Shown here: positions 37,145 to 46,429 of the stretch, piece by piece | How positions within the stretch are numbered: the stretch's first letter is position 1 | How the letters are laid out: each line of letters starts with the position of its first letter | From: a virus | Taxonomy: Duplodnaviria; Caudoviricetes | IMG/VR virus record: IMGVR_UViG_2754412371_000001 | Location: 1-64,000 of that record | Direction: 5' to 3' (one strand) | Length of the DNA stretch: 64,000 nt | Made by a program: the position numbers and the translations under genes | Notes under the pieces: model-generated | Told to the model about the DNA's origin: nothing | Seen by the model: only the letters and a program-made list of their open reading frames with translations | The model's database searches: none

Positions 37145-39367
37145 TCACTTCAAGAGGAGTCGGTGCAACTCCTTCATGACGGTGGTCGGCAGATCCTTGA
37201 CGTCGTTCAGCACGACGTGCGAGCGGTAGAACGCCTCCACCGCATCCGAGACGATCCCCAAGCCGATGACGTCGACACCGGATGCCTCCACCTTGCGAAC
37301 GACCTCCTTCAAATGCTCGTTCAGCGCCGCGCTCATCCCGTTGCACGCCGGCATGCCGTCCGACAGCACCTTGAGGATCTTCCGCTCCGCGCGCTGCTGC
37401 ATCAAGCGACGGGCGGCGATCTGCACCGATTCACCATCGACGTTCTCAGCCATCATGTCGTCGCAGTGCGCCAACTGCGCGAAGCGGCGCCGAATGTCGG
37501 GCGTCATGCGCTCGTTGAAACCCTTCACGATGGCGAGCCGAAGTGCTGAGCGACGCGTGTAGCGGAATCCACCTTCCTCCTCTTCCCGGACTAGCTGCTC
37601 GAGCGCATCGCGCGGATAGTCCTTCGTCGTGAACGCGAGCACCTCGTTCGGAATACCCAACTGATCCAGCACCGACGACAGTGCATAAGCTGAGTATGCA
37701 GCGATAACCATCTTGCGATGCGACCACATCGACCCAGAGCAGTCCACGAGCAGCTCGACCGCGACGTCCTTCGTCTTGTTGGTCTGCTTGCGTCGAAACA
37801 CGTCCGAGCGTCCGACGCTGATCCGCGCGAGCGACGGCCCATGCAGCCGGCCCGTCTTGTGACCGCCAGTCCATACCGCGGCCGAACGCGCAGCAACTGC
37901 ACGCTCGAGCGTCTTCTGGAGCGGCCCGATCATGTGATCGACTTCCTTCTGCATGCGAGTCACGAGATCCTGGTTGAAACCTTCCTCGACCTCCAGAAGC
38001 GACACGTCGTCATAGTCTCGCGAGAACAGGGAATACTGCGAACCCTTCGTGGCGGTGCGCGCATTCTTCGACAGCGCCTCTGCAGCTGCCTCGTCGAAGT
38101 CAGGCGCCGGCGACTCGCTCAACTCATCGAACAGCGACGTCGTCGGCTCTTCGTTCTCTGCAGGGGCGCCACCAGCTGGCATCGTGCCATGCTCGCCGGC
38201 ATCGCCCTCGTCTTCGCCTTCTGCACCAGACGCGCCCGTCTCGCCAGAGCTATTCTCGGTTTGCTCCTGCTCTTCGCCGTCTTCGGACGGCTGATCGCCC
38301 TGAGCGGCATCGCCACCCAGCATGCCGTCGCCCTGCTCGTCGCCCTGCTCGTCGCTCGGGTCGTCCTGGTCTTCGTCGGTCGCCGAGTCGGCACCCTCTC
38401 CCGCCTCTGCGCTTGCGTCAGTGTCGCCCTGTTCGCCGTTATCTTCCGGCGCGGACTCATCCCGAACATCCTCACCTTCGGGGGCGCCGCTCGGCCCACT
38501 CTCGGACTCGGCCGTCGACTCCAGGTCTTGCTCTTCCACCGGCTCCGCTTCTGGCAGCGGCTCCGCTTCTGGCAGCGGCTCGCTGCCGCCGCTCGGATCG
38601 CCCGCGACCGCCTCATCCGGATCACTCTCGTCGCCCGTCATACCGGGCTCCGGCGGCTCAGACGACGCGTCTTCAGGTGGCGGCTCGAGCGGTGCAGCGG
38701 GCGGTGACGGTGGCGGCGGCACTTTGGGTTTCGGCGTCGGGGTCGACAGGCGCTTCTTCGCCTCCTCCGCAACCTTCAGGCTGTCCCACGAACTGTTGAC
38801 GCCCTTCAGCAGCTTCGCGAAGTCCTTGCCGAGCTTATCGACGACGTCGGCGACCTGATCCCACTTGTCGTCCATGTAATCGATGAACGCCGGCTGCCCG
38901 GCCAGCGCACGGAATGCCGGGACCAACAGGATGTTCTTTGCCTGCTCCGGCGCCTCCCGGAGTTGGCTGTCGATGTATTCACGCAGGAAGAAGCCGTGCA
39001 TCCGGCCAAGGTGACCGCCGGAGCCCGGAAAACGCTCACCCATCTTGCGCTCAACGTAGGTGTCCTCGACCAAGTTGTGCAGCCAGTGGATCCCGAGCTT
39101 CTCTGCCTTCACGACCGCCTTCTGGTCCGTAAAGAGAATGTGCCCGACTTCGTGGTCGAGAAAGCCCTGCGTCGCCGCGAGCAACTGATCGTCCGCGTCG
39201 TCAGGAATATAGGGAAGGTTCACGCGCTCGATCGCGTGTGTCTTGCGGCTGTATGCCACGTAAGCACGCGTCCCCTGTTGTGTAACCTTCACTGAACGCT
39301 GAGTTAACATCGGAACGATCTTGGTGATCGCTTCCCGCAGTATCAGAACGTTGTTGTTTACGCGCAT
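37145..39367 (-). CDS. cobT: CobT-like von Willebrand A domain protein with acidic linker
   Basis: DHEVGH metallopeptidase-like motif; long D/E/P linker; VDCSGSM MIDAS; EN.DGES; VLSDG.P. Confidence 0.86.
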   Translation of the reverse strand: MRVNNNVLILREAITKIVPMLTQRSVKVTQQGTRAYVAYSRKTHAIERVNLPYIPDDADDQLLAATQGFLDHEVGHILFTDQKAVVKAEKLGIHWLHNLVEDTYVERKMGERFPGSGGHLGRMHGFFLREYIDSQLREAPEQAKNILLVPAFRALAGQPAFIDYMDDKWDQVADVVDKLGKDFAKLLKGVNSSWDSLKVAEEAKKRLSTPTPKPKVPPPPSPPAAPLEPPPEDASSEPPEPGMTGDESDPDEAVAGDPSGGSEPLPEAEPLPEAEPVEEQDLESTAESESGPSGAPEGEDVRDESAPEDNGEQGDTDASAEAGEGADSATDEDQDDPSDEQGDEQGDGMLGGDAAQGDQPSEDGEEQEQTENSSGETGASGAEGEDEGDAGEHGTMPAGGAPAENEEPTTSLFDELSESPAPDFDEAAAEALSKNARTATKGSQYSLFSRDYDDVSLLEVEEGFNQDLVTRMQKEVDHMIGPLQKTLERAVAARSAAVWTGGHKTGRLHGPSLARISVGRSDVFRRKQTNKTKDVAVELLVDCSGSMWSHRKMVIAAYSAYALSSVLDQLGIPNEVLAFTTKDYPRDALEQLVREEEEGGFRYTRRSALRLAIVKGFNERMTPDIRRRFAQLAHCDDMMAENVDGESVQIAARRLMQQRAERKILKVLSDGMPACNGMSAALNEHLKEVVRKVEASGVDVIGLGIVSDAVEAFYRSHVVLNDVKDLPTTVMKELHRLLLK

Positions 39368-39449
39368 CAGGCTTCCCTCAGGCCCACAATTTGGGCTATC
39401 AACTCATCGAATTTCAATTATCACCACCCACTTATGGCAAGTCAGCACA

Positions 39450-39677
39450 TCACCTTGCGGATAACCAGTTGTTGAGCTTTTCTGCGCCATTGCTGGCAAC
39501 CGCGATTGTGGAGTCGCCCATCGACGAATCGATCAGAATCAGCTGTCCGAAGTCCGGGTGCTCGCCGATCTCCGTTTGCGTGGAACCCGCGTCCATGCTT
39601 GCAATCAAACGCAAGTCGACCTTGAGGTCGATCATGGCCGAATACGGTGCACGGATAAGGGTGAGGTTCTCCAACAT
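39450..39677 (-). CDS. Small hypothetical protein
   Basis: SD AAGGA; downstream of a TATAAT promoter. Confidence 0.45.
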   Translation of the reverse strand: MLENLTLIRAPYSAMIDLKVDLRLIASMDAGSTQTEIGEHPDFGQLILIDSSMGDSTIAVASNGAEKLNNWLSAR

Positions 39678-39860
39678 GAAGCGTTCCTTGAATGATTGAG
39701 TTCTTCGTATCGTCCGCATGTTGATAAGCGGTTACTTATATTATAGACCGATACAGTCAGGATCAGACAAGTTTTGTGACGCTCCAGATACATGGGAAGC
39801 CAGGGCATCGAAACGACTGCCGATAGTTCCTTCGTTGGGCGCTACTAGACCCACTATAAT

Positions 39861-39878
39861 AAAGTCATCTGTAACTAA
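39861..39878. promoter_or_regulatory. Weak motif copy AAAGTC-ATCTGT-AACTAA
   Basis: Immediately downstream of the + strand TATAAT of the XRE gene. Confidence 0.5.
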
Positions 39879-39932
39879 TTTCTTCGGTGCTAGAATCACC
39901 GAACATTCAAGAATTTTTGGGGAGGCTCATCA

Positions 39933-40427
39933 ATGGCAACCAAACAAATTTCAGTCGCCGACTACATTTCTGGCGTGATCGGACTGTCGGGCAAACCGCA
40001 GCGACAGATCGCGGCGGAGATCGGTTACGAAAACCCGAACATGATCACGATGCTGAAGCAGGGCCGCACGCAGGTTCCGCTCAACAAGGTCAAGCTGCTT
40101 GCAAAGTCGTTGGGCATCGATCCCGTCCACCTGCTCCGCATGGTGATGATTGAAAAGACTCCGGAAGTCTGGGACATCCTGGAAGACATCATCGGCAGGA
40201 ATTCGACGATCACGCGTTCGGAATTTGCCCTTGTTGAGTATGCTCGCTCGGAACTGGGCGTGATGAACCTTGATTTCGCTGACCAAGAACTTATCGATGA
40301 TCTTGGTAAGGCGTTTCGCTCGTTCGCGGAACGCAACAAGGAACGCCTTGATCTAGCGAGCAAAGAAGTCAAACGCGGCCCCGCCCCGAAGAAGGTTTCG
40401 GGCTCGACGCAGAAGCCGACTTCGTAA
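39933..40427 (+). CDS. XRE-family HTH regulator (candidate repressor)
   Basis: PQRQIAAEIGYENPNMITMLKQG...PL.KV..LA..LG.DP; divergent orientation; own TATAAT at 39855-39860; SD GGAGG. Confidence 0.85.
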   Translation: MATKQISVADYISGVIGLSGKPQRQIAAEIGYENPNMITMLKQGRTQVPLNKVKLLAKSLGIDPVHLLRMVMIEKTPEVWDILEDIIGRNSTITRSEFALVEYARSELGVMNLDFADQELIDDLGKAFRSFAERNKERLDLASKEVKRGPAPKKVSGSTQKPTS

Positions 40428-40438
40428 GCCCCAGTGAG

Positions 40439-40463
40439 CCCCGCCGAGCGCGGGGATTCTTTT
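40439..40463 (+). terminator. Intrinsic terminator after XRE gene
   Basis: CCCCGC/GCGGGG stem plus ATTCTTTT. Confidence 0.6.
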
Positions 40464-40502
40464 GTGCTCTGCGCTTCCCATCCGCCAGCGCCTAACGAAA
40501 AC

Positions 40503-40533
40503 AAAAAAGCCCGCACAGTGGCGGGCTTCTTTT
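40503..40533. terminator. Bidirectional terminator
   Basis: A6-GCCCGC-loop-GCGGGC-TTCTTTT between convergent genes. Confidence 0.75.
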
Positions 40534-40557
40534 GATACGACGTTACGGCTTAAACTG

Positions 40558-40707
40558 TCAACGCGCAAACAGGACGATTGCTACCGCTGCGAACATGGCG
40601 AGCAGTGAGCCGGCAATGCCGAACTTCGCGACCTTACGCAGCAGCTCTTGGTTTGCCTGAAGCGTATTCAGATCGTCAAGACGGTGTTGTTGGTGCAGGA
40701 ATTGCAT
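40558..40707 (-). CDS. 49-aa single-TM protein (MQFLHQQH...AVAIVLFAR)
   Basis: Translated by hand; strong SD GAGGAGG; missed by the ORF track. Confidence 0.65.
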   Translation of the reverse strand: MQFLHQQHRLDDLNTLQANQELLRKVAKFGIAGSLLAMFAAVAIVLFAR

Positions 40708-40716
40708 GTTCCCTCC

Positions 40717-41175
40717 TCAATTCGCGGCGTAGTGCACCGCGGCAGCCATGACCAATACTACCACGCACGCTATCACCGAAGCAGTGAATGCCAGGTAAGT
40801 GCGCATCCAGGCCCAGATCGATGCCGCCGGCGCGGGCGTATGTGGTGTGGCGATCGAACCCAGGCCAGCGACGAGCGCGCCGACTCCTGCGGGAATCAAG
40901 ATCAACAGGCCAACCCACAACTCCCAGAAGGCCAGGTGTCCACTCGCCGCCCACTTGAAGATCTCGGCTTCCGCGCCGGCAGCCCAGCCCAGCGCAACGA
41001 ATCCCAACTGACCATCGCGGAACGGCGCGAAGGTATCGGTCGGTGTTGTCGAATGCACGATGGCGCGGCCGAACTTGATGACCCAGAGAAGGAGCAGCGG
41101 CGCAAAAGCACCGACGACTACGTTCGATAAAAGCCACCCTCCCCAATCGATCCAGAAAACGAAACTCTCGCTCAC
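40717..41175 (-). CDS. Four-TM membrane protein
   Basis: Four hydrophobic segments; GTGA overlap with upstream gene. Confidence 0.65.
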   Translation of the reverse strand: MSESFVFWIDWGGWLLSNVVVGAFAPLLLLWVIKFGRAIVHSTTPTDTFAPFRDGQLGFVALGWAAGAEAEIFKWAASGHLAFWELWVGLLILIPAGVGALVAGLGSIATPHTPAPAASIWAWMRTYLAFTASVIACVVVLVMAAAVHYAAN

Positions 41176-41567
41176 ATCACCTCACTCAGGACTCGGTTGA
41201 AGTCATCGGCTTCAGCGCGCGTATCGACCCATACCATGCGATCGTAGAGCGCCTGTAGCTCAGCAAAGTCTCGACCGAGCGATACCGACTTGACACTATC
41301 TTCGAGCCCAAATAACGGCGCTGCGACACCATTGTCGAGGTATTCCCAGAACACGTAGTCCAGGTGAAGATGGCGCGGCTGCGCGCGCACAATTTCCTTA
41401 GCGAAGTCGCTGTATTCGCCGCGGAGTGCTTCCTTCCAGCCAAGCAGGACGGCTTCTTCGATCGAGGTGCCGGTATCGAGCGCGAAAAGAACAGCATTGC
41501 GACGCGCGATGCTAAGCGGGGCGAGCATGATGCGTAGATCGCCGAGTGTGAAGGGTTTGTTGTTCAT
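41172..41567 (-). CDS. Hypothetical protein resembling a degenerate tyrosine-recombinase core
   Basis: R.AVLFALDTGTSIEEAVLLGWKE aligns to the box-I TG.R..E...L.W motif but lacks the Arg; no HxxR or catalytic Tyr. Confidence 0.6.
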   Translation of the reverse strand: MNNKPFTLGDLRIMLAPLSIARRNAVLFALDTGTSIEEAVLLGWKEALRGEYSDFAKEIVRAQPRHLHLDYVFWEYLDNGVAAPLFGLEDSVKSVSLGRDFAELQALYDRMVWVDTRAEADDFNRVLSEVM

Positions 41568-41631
41568 GTGCTTCTCCAGAAATTCCGCACATGATACGGG
41601 CGTGGTTTACCCGATGTCGATCTCCTACGCG

Positions 41632-41654
41632 AAAAAGCCCGCAGATGCGGGCTT
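41632..41654 (-). terminator. Intrinsic terminator
   Basis: GCCCGC/GCGGGC stem plus U5 on the - strand. Confidence 0.65.
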
Positions 41655-41674
41655 GTTATGTCGTGTAAGGAGCG

Positions 41675-42016
41675 TTATGCAAACAGGCTGCAATACCACG
41701 CATCCGGCTGTCGTCGCTTAGGTCGCAAGTGATGCGGCCAAGATATCGCGAGCAACAAGCGATCAAAGCAGCGAAGGGAAATGAGGCTCGTCCCTTCCCT
41801 GTCGATCACTCGAAACCGCGGCACCATACTCACCACGCGTGTCTTGTAGCAGACCACCGAGAACACGCGCGACGTGTGAAGCAGCCAAGTCGCGCGCCAG
41901 TCAGGAGCGCAGTGCTGGGTAAACGTGTCGGGATCGTCGCGCATGAGATCGGCAAGCGCTTTGACCGTTGGATCGATCAGCCCGAGCCGCACAAACCCCT
42001 GTTCGATCCTCCTCAT
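41675..42016 (-). CDS. Hypothetical protein
   Basis: ATGA overlap start at 42016. Confidence 0.45.
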   Translation of the reverse strand: MRRIEQGFVRLGLIDPTVKALADLMRDDPDTFTQHCAPDWRATWLLHTSRVFSVVCYKTRVVSMVPRFRVIDREGTSLISLRCFDRLLLAISWPHHLRPKRRQPDAWYCSLFA

Positions 42017-42219
42017 GAAGTGCCCTCCGCCTGAGCGGTCGCCGGCGCAGCCGCGAGCGTCGTGGTCAGGATACCGGCCAGCGCAGTGATGTTCAGCAGC
42101 GGGACTTCCTTGCCTGTCGCATCGAGCATGCGAACGCCACCCATACCGTTGAAGTTGACCTGCGTCACCCACGGGAATGGCGACGCCGCGCGGATCTCGT
42201 TGAGCGTGATGGTTTTCAT
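42013..42219 (-). CDS. Hypothetical protein
   Basis: 68 aa, in operon. Confidence 0.6.
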   Translation of the reverse strand: MKTITLNEIRAASPFPWVTQVNFNGMGGVRMLDATGKEVPLLNITALAGILTTTLAAAPATAQAEGTS

Positions 42220-42228
42220 GTCGGGCCT

Positions 42229-42435
42229 TTACCGGATGCAGAGGATTTCGACGCCACCGCGCGTCACGGTGTAGTTCTTGTTGCTCTTCCCTCGCCGAGT
42301 GATCGAAAGCCCGATCGGGATAATGATGCCGGACGACATCACTGTCGCGACCTGCATGTCGCCGGGCAAGTCCTTGATCGCTTCCTTGAGCTCGGCGACG
42401 GTGGTCAACAGTTTTCCGGTGAGTTGCGCGCTCAT
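42229..42435 (-). CDS. Hypothetical protein
   Basis: TVAELKE.I..LP.DM motif; ATGA overlap with ligase stop. Confidence 0.6.
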   Translation of the reverse strand: MSAQLTGKLLTTVAELKEAIKDLPGDMQVATVMSSGIIIPIGLSITRRGKSNKNYTVTRGGVEILCIR

Positions 42436-43832
42436 GCCGCCACCGCCGATGCAAACTGATGCTCGACGCGGGCCAGGTCGTCGGCTTCGGTCTTGTCGGT
42501 GCGATAGCTGGCTTCGACCATGCGCGGCAGGAACAGCGAGTGCAACGTGTTGTTCTCGGACGGCTTCATGATCGAGTTCGCGCGCACCGCAAAGATACGG
42601 CCGATGAAGTCGCTCGGGTTCGCATCGATCGAATCGCGCAGCGCCTCGTTCTTCACAGTCACGTCGACCTGAAGCTGACCGCAGGACGACGTGCAGGTCA
42701 ACGAGCCAGCTCGGCCTTCGTTCTTCGTGCCGGCGCGGCCGTCCACGATCGCGACGCATTTCAGGTCGACGTCCACCTCCAGCTTGAGCTTGATCTGCTC
42801 CTTGCTCGTGCCGTCCTTCCAGATCGCATTGCCGTTCTTGATGATCGTTCCTTCCTTGCCTTGAGTCAGGAGCTCGCGGTAGTGAGCGAGCGCCTCCTCG
42901 AGCGAATGCACGATGCGAGTCGGGATATGCTGAATCATCGGGTCGATTCCCGGCAGCGCGCGTGCGCCGGCCGCCAGCCCGAGCAGCAGAGCCTTGATGC
43001 GTTCGCGGTAGCCGACTTCGTATTTGCCCTTCGGCGCGACGACGCTCAGCGGGATTTGGTCCCATGCGAAGAACCGGGGCACCTCGTTGGCTTCGAACTC
43101 GCCGCCCGCGGCGATGCGGTTCAGGATGCCGTTGCTGATTTCGCGCGGGGCGATCGTGCCGTCGACGAGCACCAGCATTTCGCCGTGCGTCTGCGTGCCG
43201 GCCGGGAACAAGGCGCGAACGTGGTCAACGAAACCACCGAATGCCTCGAGAGGAAACGGCGAGCCCTGACGACTGGTGATGCGAACTACCCCGCCCGTCT
43301 CGTGATCGACATTCATGAACATGCCGTCGGCCTTCTCCTGCGAGATAACGCCGTCGCCCCATGTCCACGCATCGAGCTTCGCGTCCTTCAGCAGCGCGCA
43401 ACGCATATAGGGGAATTCGAGAATCAGCCCCTTCCATGCCTTGTTGACCGTCGACTCGGAGAAGCCGGCACGCAGATCCTTGCGAATGATCCGCTTGAAC
43501 AGTTCTGCCGAGCTGGGCGTCAGGAACGTCATAAGGCGCTGCACCTCGTCGCGAGCCGCGTTGCCAGTGAGCTCGCGCTTCGCCATCTTGTCCAGGCAGT
43601 CCCAGACCGGCGCGTTCTCGAACGTGTTCGCGCCCGGTGCCGCATTCTCGATGGGGCCGGGAACTTGCGTTATGCCGTAGGTGGTCAGCGGGTCGAGCGC
43701 CGCGACGAGCACGCGCTTGAACGTGTCGAACGCGAGGAACTGTTTCACCATCGCCTGCTTGTCGTTCTTGCTGGAGGTAGCCGCGATGCTCTCGATCGCC
43801 GCGAAAGCCTGGTCGGAGTTCATGTGAGTCAT
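42432..43832 (-). CDS. ATP-dependent DNA ligase
   Basis: Motif I EKADG; HGEM; F.AWD; EG.IIK; K.K; OB-fold SLFLPR; start ATG 43832 or 43823. Confidence 0.93.
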   Translation of the reverse strand: MTHMNSDQAFAAIESIAATSSKNDKQAMVKQFLAFDTFKRVLVAALDPLTTYGITQVPGPIENAAPGANTFENAPVWDCLDKMAKRELTGNAARDEVQRLMTFLTPSSAELFKRIIRKDLRAGFSESTVNKAWKGLILEFPYMRCALLKDAKLDAWTWGDGVISQEKADGMFMNVDHETGGVVRITSRQGSPFPLEAFGGFVDHVRALFPAGTQTHGEMLVLVDGTIAPREISNGILNRIAAGGEFEANEVPRFFAWDQIPLSVVAPKGKYEVGYRERIKALLLGLAAGARALPGIDPMIQHIPTRIVHSLEEALAHYRELLTQGKEGTIIKNGNAIWKDGTSKEQIKLKLEVDVDLKCVAIVDGRAGTKNEGRAGSLTCTSSCGQLQVDVTVKNEALRDSIDANPSDFIGRIFAVRANSIMKPSENNTLHSLFLPRMVEASYRTDKTEADDLARVEHQFASAVAA

Positions 43833-43842
43833 TAGTGACTTA
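43825..43842. promoter_or_regulatory. Motif copy TGAGTC-ATTAGT-GACTTA
   Basis: Contains upstream TAA and ligase ATG. Confidence 0.7.
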
Positions 43843-44142
43843 TCCTTGTGTGTGATGTTCGGGTTCTTGCGGCGTGATGAGCTGCACCGCTTCGTTTTCG
43901 CGGAAGAACGACATTTCGCCGGCGCCGAGCTGCATACCGCGGCCTTTCGTCGTGAACGGCTCGAGCGACACCGCATTCAGCGCATGGCGATTGAGGGCAC
44001 CCCAGCATGCAGCGACGGGGATATTCTTCCGGTCGTCTTCGTCGGTGCAGGTGATCCTCATAAACCGTGCGCCTGTATCCAGGTCGATGAACTGCTCGCC
44101 GGGCGCGAGCAGCTTGAAAGGCTTGTAGATGGGTTCGCTCAT
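43840..44142 (-). CDS. Hypothetical protein
   Basis: Coupled ORF; its stop lies in a motif copy. Confidence 0.6.
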   Translation of the reverse strand: MSEPIYKPFKLLAPGEQFIDLDTGARFMRITCTDEDDRKNIPVAACWGALNRHALNAVSLEPFTTKGRGMQLGAGEMSFFRENEAVQLITPQEPEHHTQG

Positions 44143-44792
44143 GCGTGTGCCTGTTGGTTTTGACGCTCGCGCTTCATGCGCTGGATCGCCTCGAACGGCG
44201 ACTCACCTGCTCGGATAACGAGCTTGGGGAGCGCCCCGTTCGTGGCGGCAGGGGTTTCGGCCGCCGCGACAGCGGCGAGCGTATGGTTCAGCGAAACCTG
44301 ACCGTTAGTCGCGTTTGCGGTTTCGACGGTCGGCTGCGAGCGCTGCGCAACCATTCGGTTGAGCACGGCCGCGTGAATGTCGACGCCGATCGCCGGCTGA
44401 GCCAGGATGTCAGCGGGCTTCGATACGGGCGCCGGCGCAGCGCTTCGCTGCGTGCGGGAGCGCTTCGTCGACAGCGGCGACACCCATGCCTGCTGCTGAT
44501 GCGCGACGATCGCTTCGCCCTTCACTCGCTCAATGAAGTAGATCGCGCGCCCCTCCAGCTGCTCCTTCTGACGCATGTCGAGTGCAGTGCAGCGGCACTG
44601 GCGGATCTCGGTCAGGCAGTCGCCGTAGATGGCCTGAATCGACGCGTCATTCGCGTGGTCCGCGATGTGCTGACACGCCGCATACGGCTTCTTCACCTTG
44701 AGGCTCAGACAGTCCGTGTAGAACGCATTGCGCTTGCCGTCAGCAGAGGTGGCCGGCGGCATGACTGCAGGCGCCGTTGCTTGTTCGGTCAT
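44139..44792 (-). CDS. Hypothetical protein with Cys-rich N-terminus
   Basis: 217 aa; SD AGGAG. Confidence 0.7.
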   Translation of the reverse strand: MTEQATAPAVMPPATSADGKRNAFYTDCLSLKVKKPYAACQHIADHANDASIQAIYGDCLTEIRQCRCTALDMRQKEQLEGRAIYFIERVKGEAIVAHQQQAWVSPLSTKRSRTQRSAAPAPVSKPADILAQPAIGVDIHAAVLNRMVAQRSQPTVETANATNGQVSLNHTLAAVAAAETPAATNGALPKLVIRAGESPFEAIQRMKRERQNQQAHA

Positions 44793-44801
44793 TACATTCT
44801 C

Positions 44802-45275
44802 CTACCAAGTGGCCCATTCGGGCATCGATTCTTCGGTTCGCGGTGCGGGCGCTTTCTTGCTGCTGCCCTTGGGGTCATTTTCGAGACCGCCCTGTGGCTC
44901 GTCTTCGGATGCAGCGATGGGAGGTCCGCCAACAAGCAGCTGTCTTACTGCCTCAGACTTGAATGGCCCGATGAGACGCTTCAAAGCGTCGAGCAGCTCG
45001 CGCTCGGAGCGAAACGACATTTCGGTCGTATCCCACCGCTTGTAGTCGCGCCGCGTCTTCTCCTTGACCTTCCTGTCATGGAGCTCACGCGATCGAGCCA
45101 ACGAATACGGACCACTCAGATCGACCTGAGCGCTCCACCCTTCAATCGAATCGATACCCGCGCGGAACTTGCCGTATTGAAAAATGACTGCACACTGGTC
45201 GCCGATTTCTACCTCGATTACCTGATATGCCTTCGTGCCACGCTCGTGATGGGAAAAGCTGCGCCGTAGCTTCAT
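44802..45275 (-). CDS. WGR-domain-like protein
   Basis: K.Y.V......V..QYGK...QV.....EK..RDY resembles WGR; ends PEWATW. Confidence 0.55.
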   Translation of the reverse strand: MKLRRSFSHHERGTKAYQVIEVEIGDQCAVIFQYGKFRAGIDSIEGWSAQVDLSGPYSLARSRELHDRKVKEKTRRDYKRWDTTEMSFRSERELLDALKRLIGPFKSEAVRQLLVGGPPIAASEDEPQGGLENDPKGSSKKAPAPRTEESMPEWATW

Positions 45276-45305
45276 GACGCCTCCGAAATTGCTGATACGC
45301 ACATT

Positions 45306-45323
45306 ATAGTCACCGATTACTTA
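45306..45323 (-). promoter_or_regulatory. Motif copy ATAGTC-ACCGAT-TACTTA abutting TATAAT
   Basis: Contains the primase stop codon. Confidence 0.75.
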
Positions 45324-46420
45324 CTTTCGTTCATAATGCGACGACCCATTCGGAGCTGCATCGCTGACACCCCGTTCAGCAGCGTCGCCCCATAGAACGC
45401 GCGCCGCACCACCTCGGCTGGCACCTCGTTCGGGTCTTTCTCGGGCGGCAGCATCGCGATACGCACGCGAAACCCGTGCTGGCGCAGCATCAAGCCGGCC
45501 TCGACCGCGTCGTCGGTCGCCTGGATTTCCCCGTCCCACATGAAGGTCACTTCCTCAACGCCGCGCTCCCTGAGCAACATGAATTTCGCGAGCTGGCTGT
45601 TATCGCTGCCCGACGACAGGTGTTTGCCGAACGTTCCCACCGGCACCACATCGCGCAGCTGCGGGTCCGCATCGAGCGCGATCTTGATCGCCGCGACGTC
45701 GAACGCGCCCTCGCCTACCGCGATGCGCTTCGTGTCGTGGACGTTGAGCCCGTTGAACAAATGCACGCCCGAACCGTCGATACCCGGCGGGAAGAGATAC
45801 TTCTTCTCAGCATGGCCGGTCACGTCGCGCCCCTGAAACGTCGCGAGCTTCCCGTCCATGTCGAACACCGGGATTAGCACGCGTGCGCTGTAGTCCTGGT
45901 AGGCCCAACCACGCTCGGTCGGATACCGGAAGTGCGCACCGCGCGGGCAGTAGGCGAGGTGAAAATACGCAGACAGGTCCGCAGTGATGCCACGGTTCTC
46001 CAGATAGGCGAGGTTGCGCCCCTCATGAGGCAAGTCGATGTGCTGCGGTAGCTCCCAGCCGACATGCTTCTCGACCTCGACAGATTGACGTCGTGCCGGC
46101 CGCCAGCCCTGTTCGCGCGCGTATGCCCTGATGTGCTCGATGACTTTCGAACCGTGCGGCCGACCCAGATGGTCGCGAATGAACCGGTATTTGGTGAAGA
46201 TCCGCTCTTCGACCGGGTGCGAGCCGGCGAAGCAGTTGCCGACGCCGGTGTCGGCGTTGACGTAGACCTTCCAGTCGGAGTTGCCGCACGTCGGGCATTC
46301 CCGCACGTTGATTTGCTGGCCCGATCGGCCATGCGTGAGCCGATAAGAAATGCCCTCGCGATCCATCCACGAGGGCATATCGATGGTATCCAGCAGCTCT
46401 GACAGATCGTCAGTCGCCAT
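45317..46420 (-). CDS. DNA primase (zinc finger + TOPRIM)
   Basis: ECPTC..C; YLENRGI; FQGR; GEGAFD; WDGE; KDPNE. Confidence 0.9.
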   Translation of the reverse strand: MATDDLSELLDTIDMPSWMDREGISYRLTHGRSGQQINVRECPTCGNSDWKVYVNADTGVGNCFAGSHPVEERIFTKYRFIRDHLGRPHGSKVIEHIRAYAREQGWRPARRQSVEVEKHVGWELPQHIDLPHEGRNLAYLENRGITADLSAYFHLAYCPRGAHFRYPTERGWAYQDYSARVLIPVFDMDGKLATFQGRDVTGHAEKKYLFPPGIDGSGVHLFNGLNVHDTKRIAVGEGAFDVAAIKIALDADPQLRDVVPVGTFGKHLSSGSDNSQLAKFMLLRERGVEEVTFMWDGEIQATDDAVEAGLMLRQHGFRVRIAMLPPEKDPNEVPAEVVRRAFYGATLLNGVSAMQLRMGRRIMNESK

Positions 46421-46429
46421 TGTTGCTCC

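Noticed and set aside
35839-39367. Cobalamin biosynthesis operon
   Set aside because: Only CobS/CobT-like proteins are present; no cobN or other pathway genes
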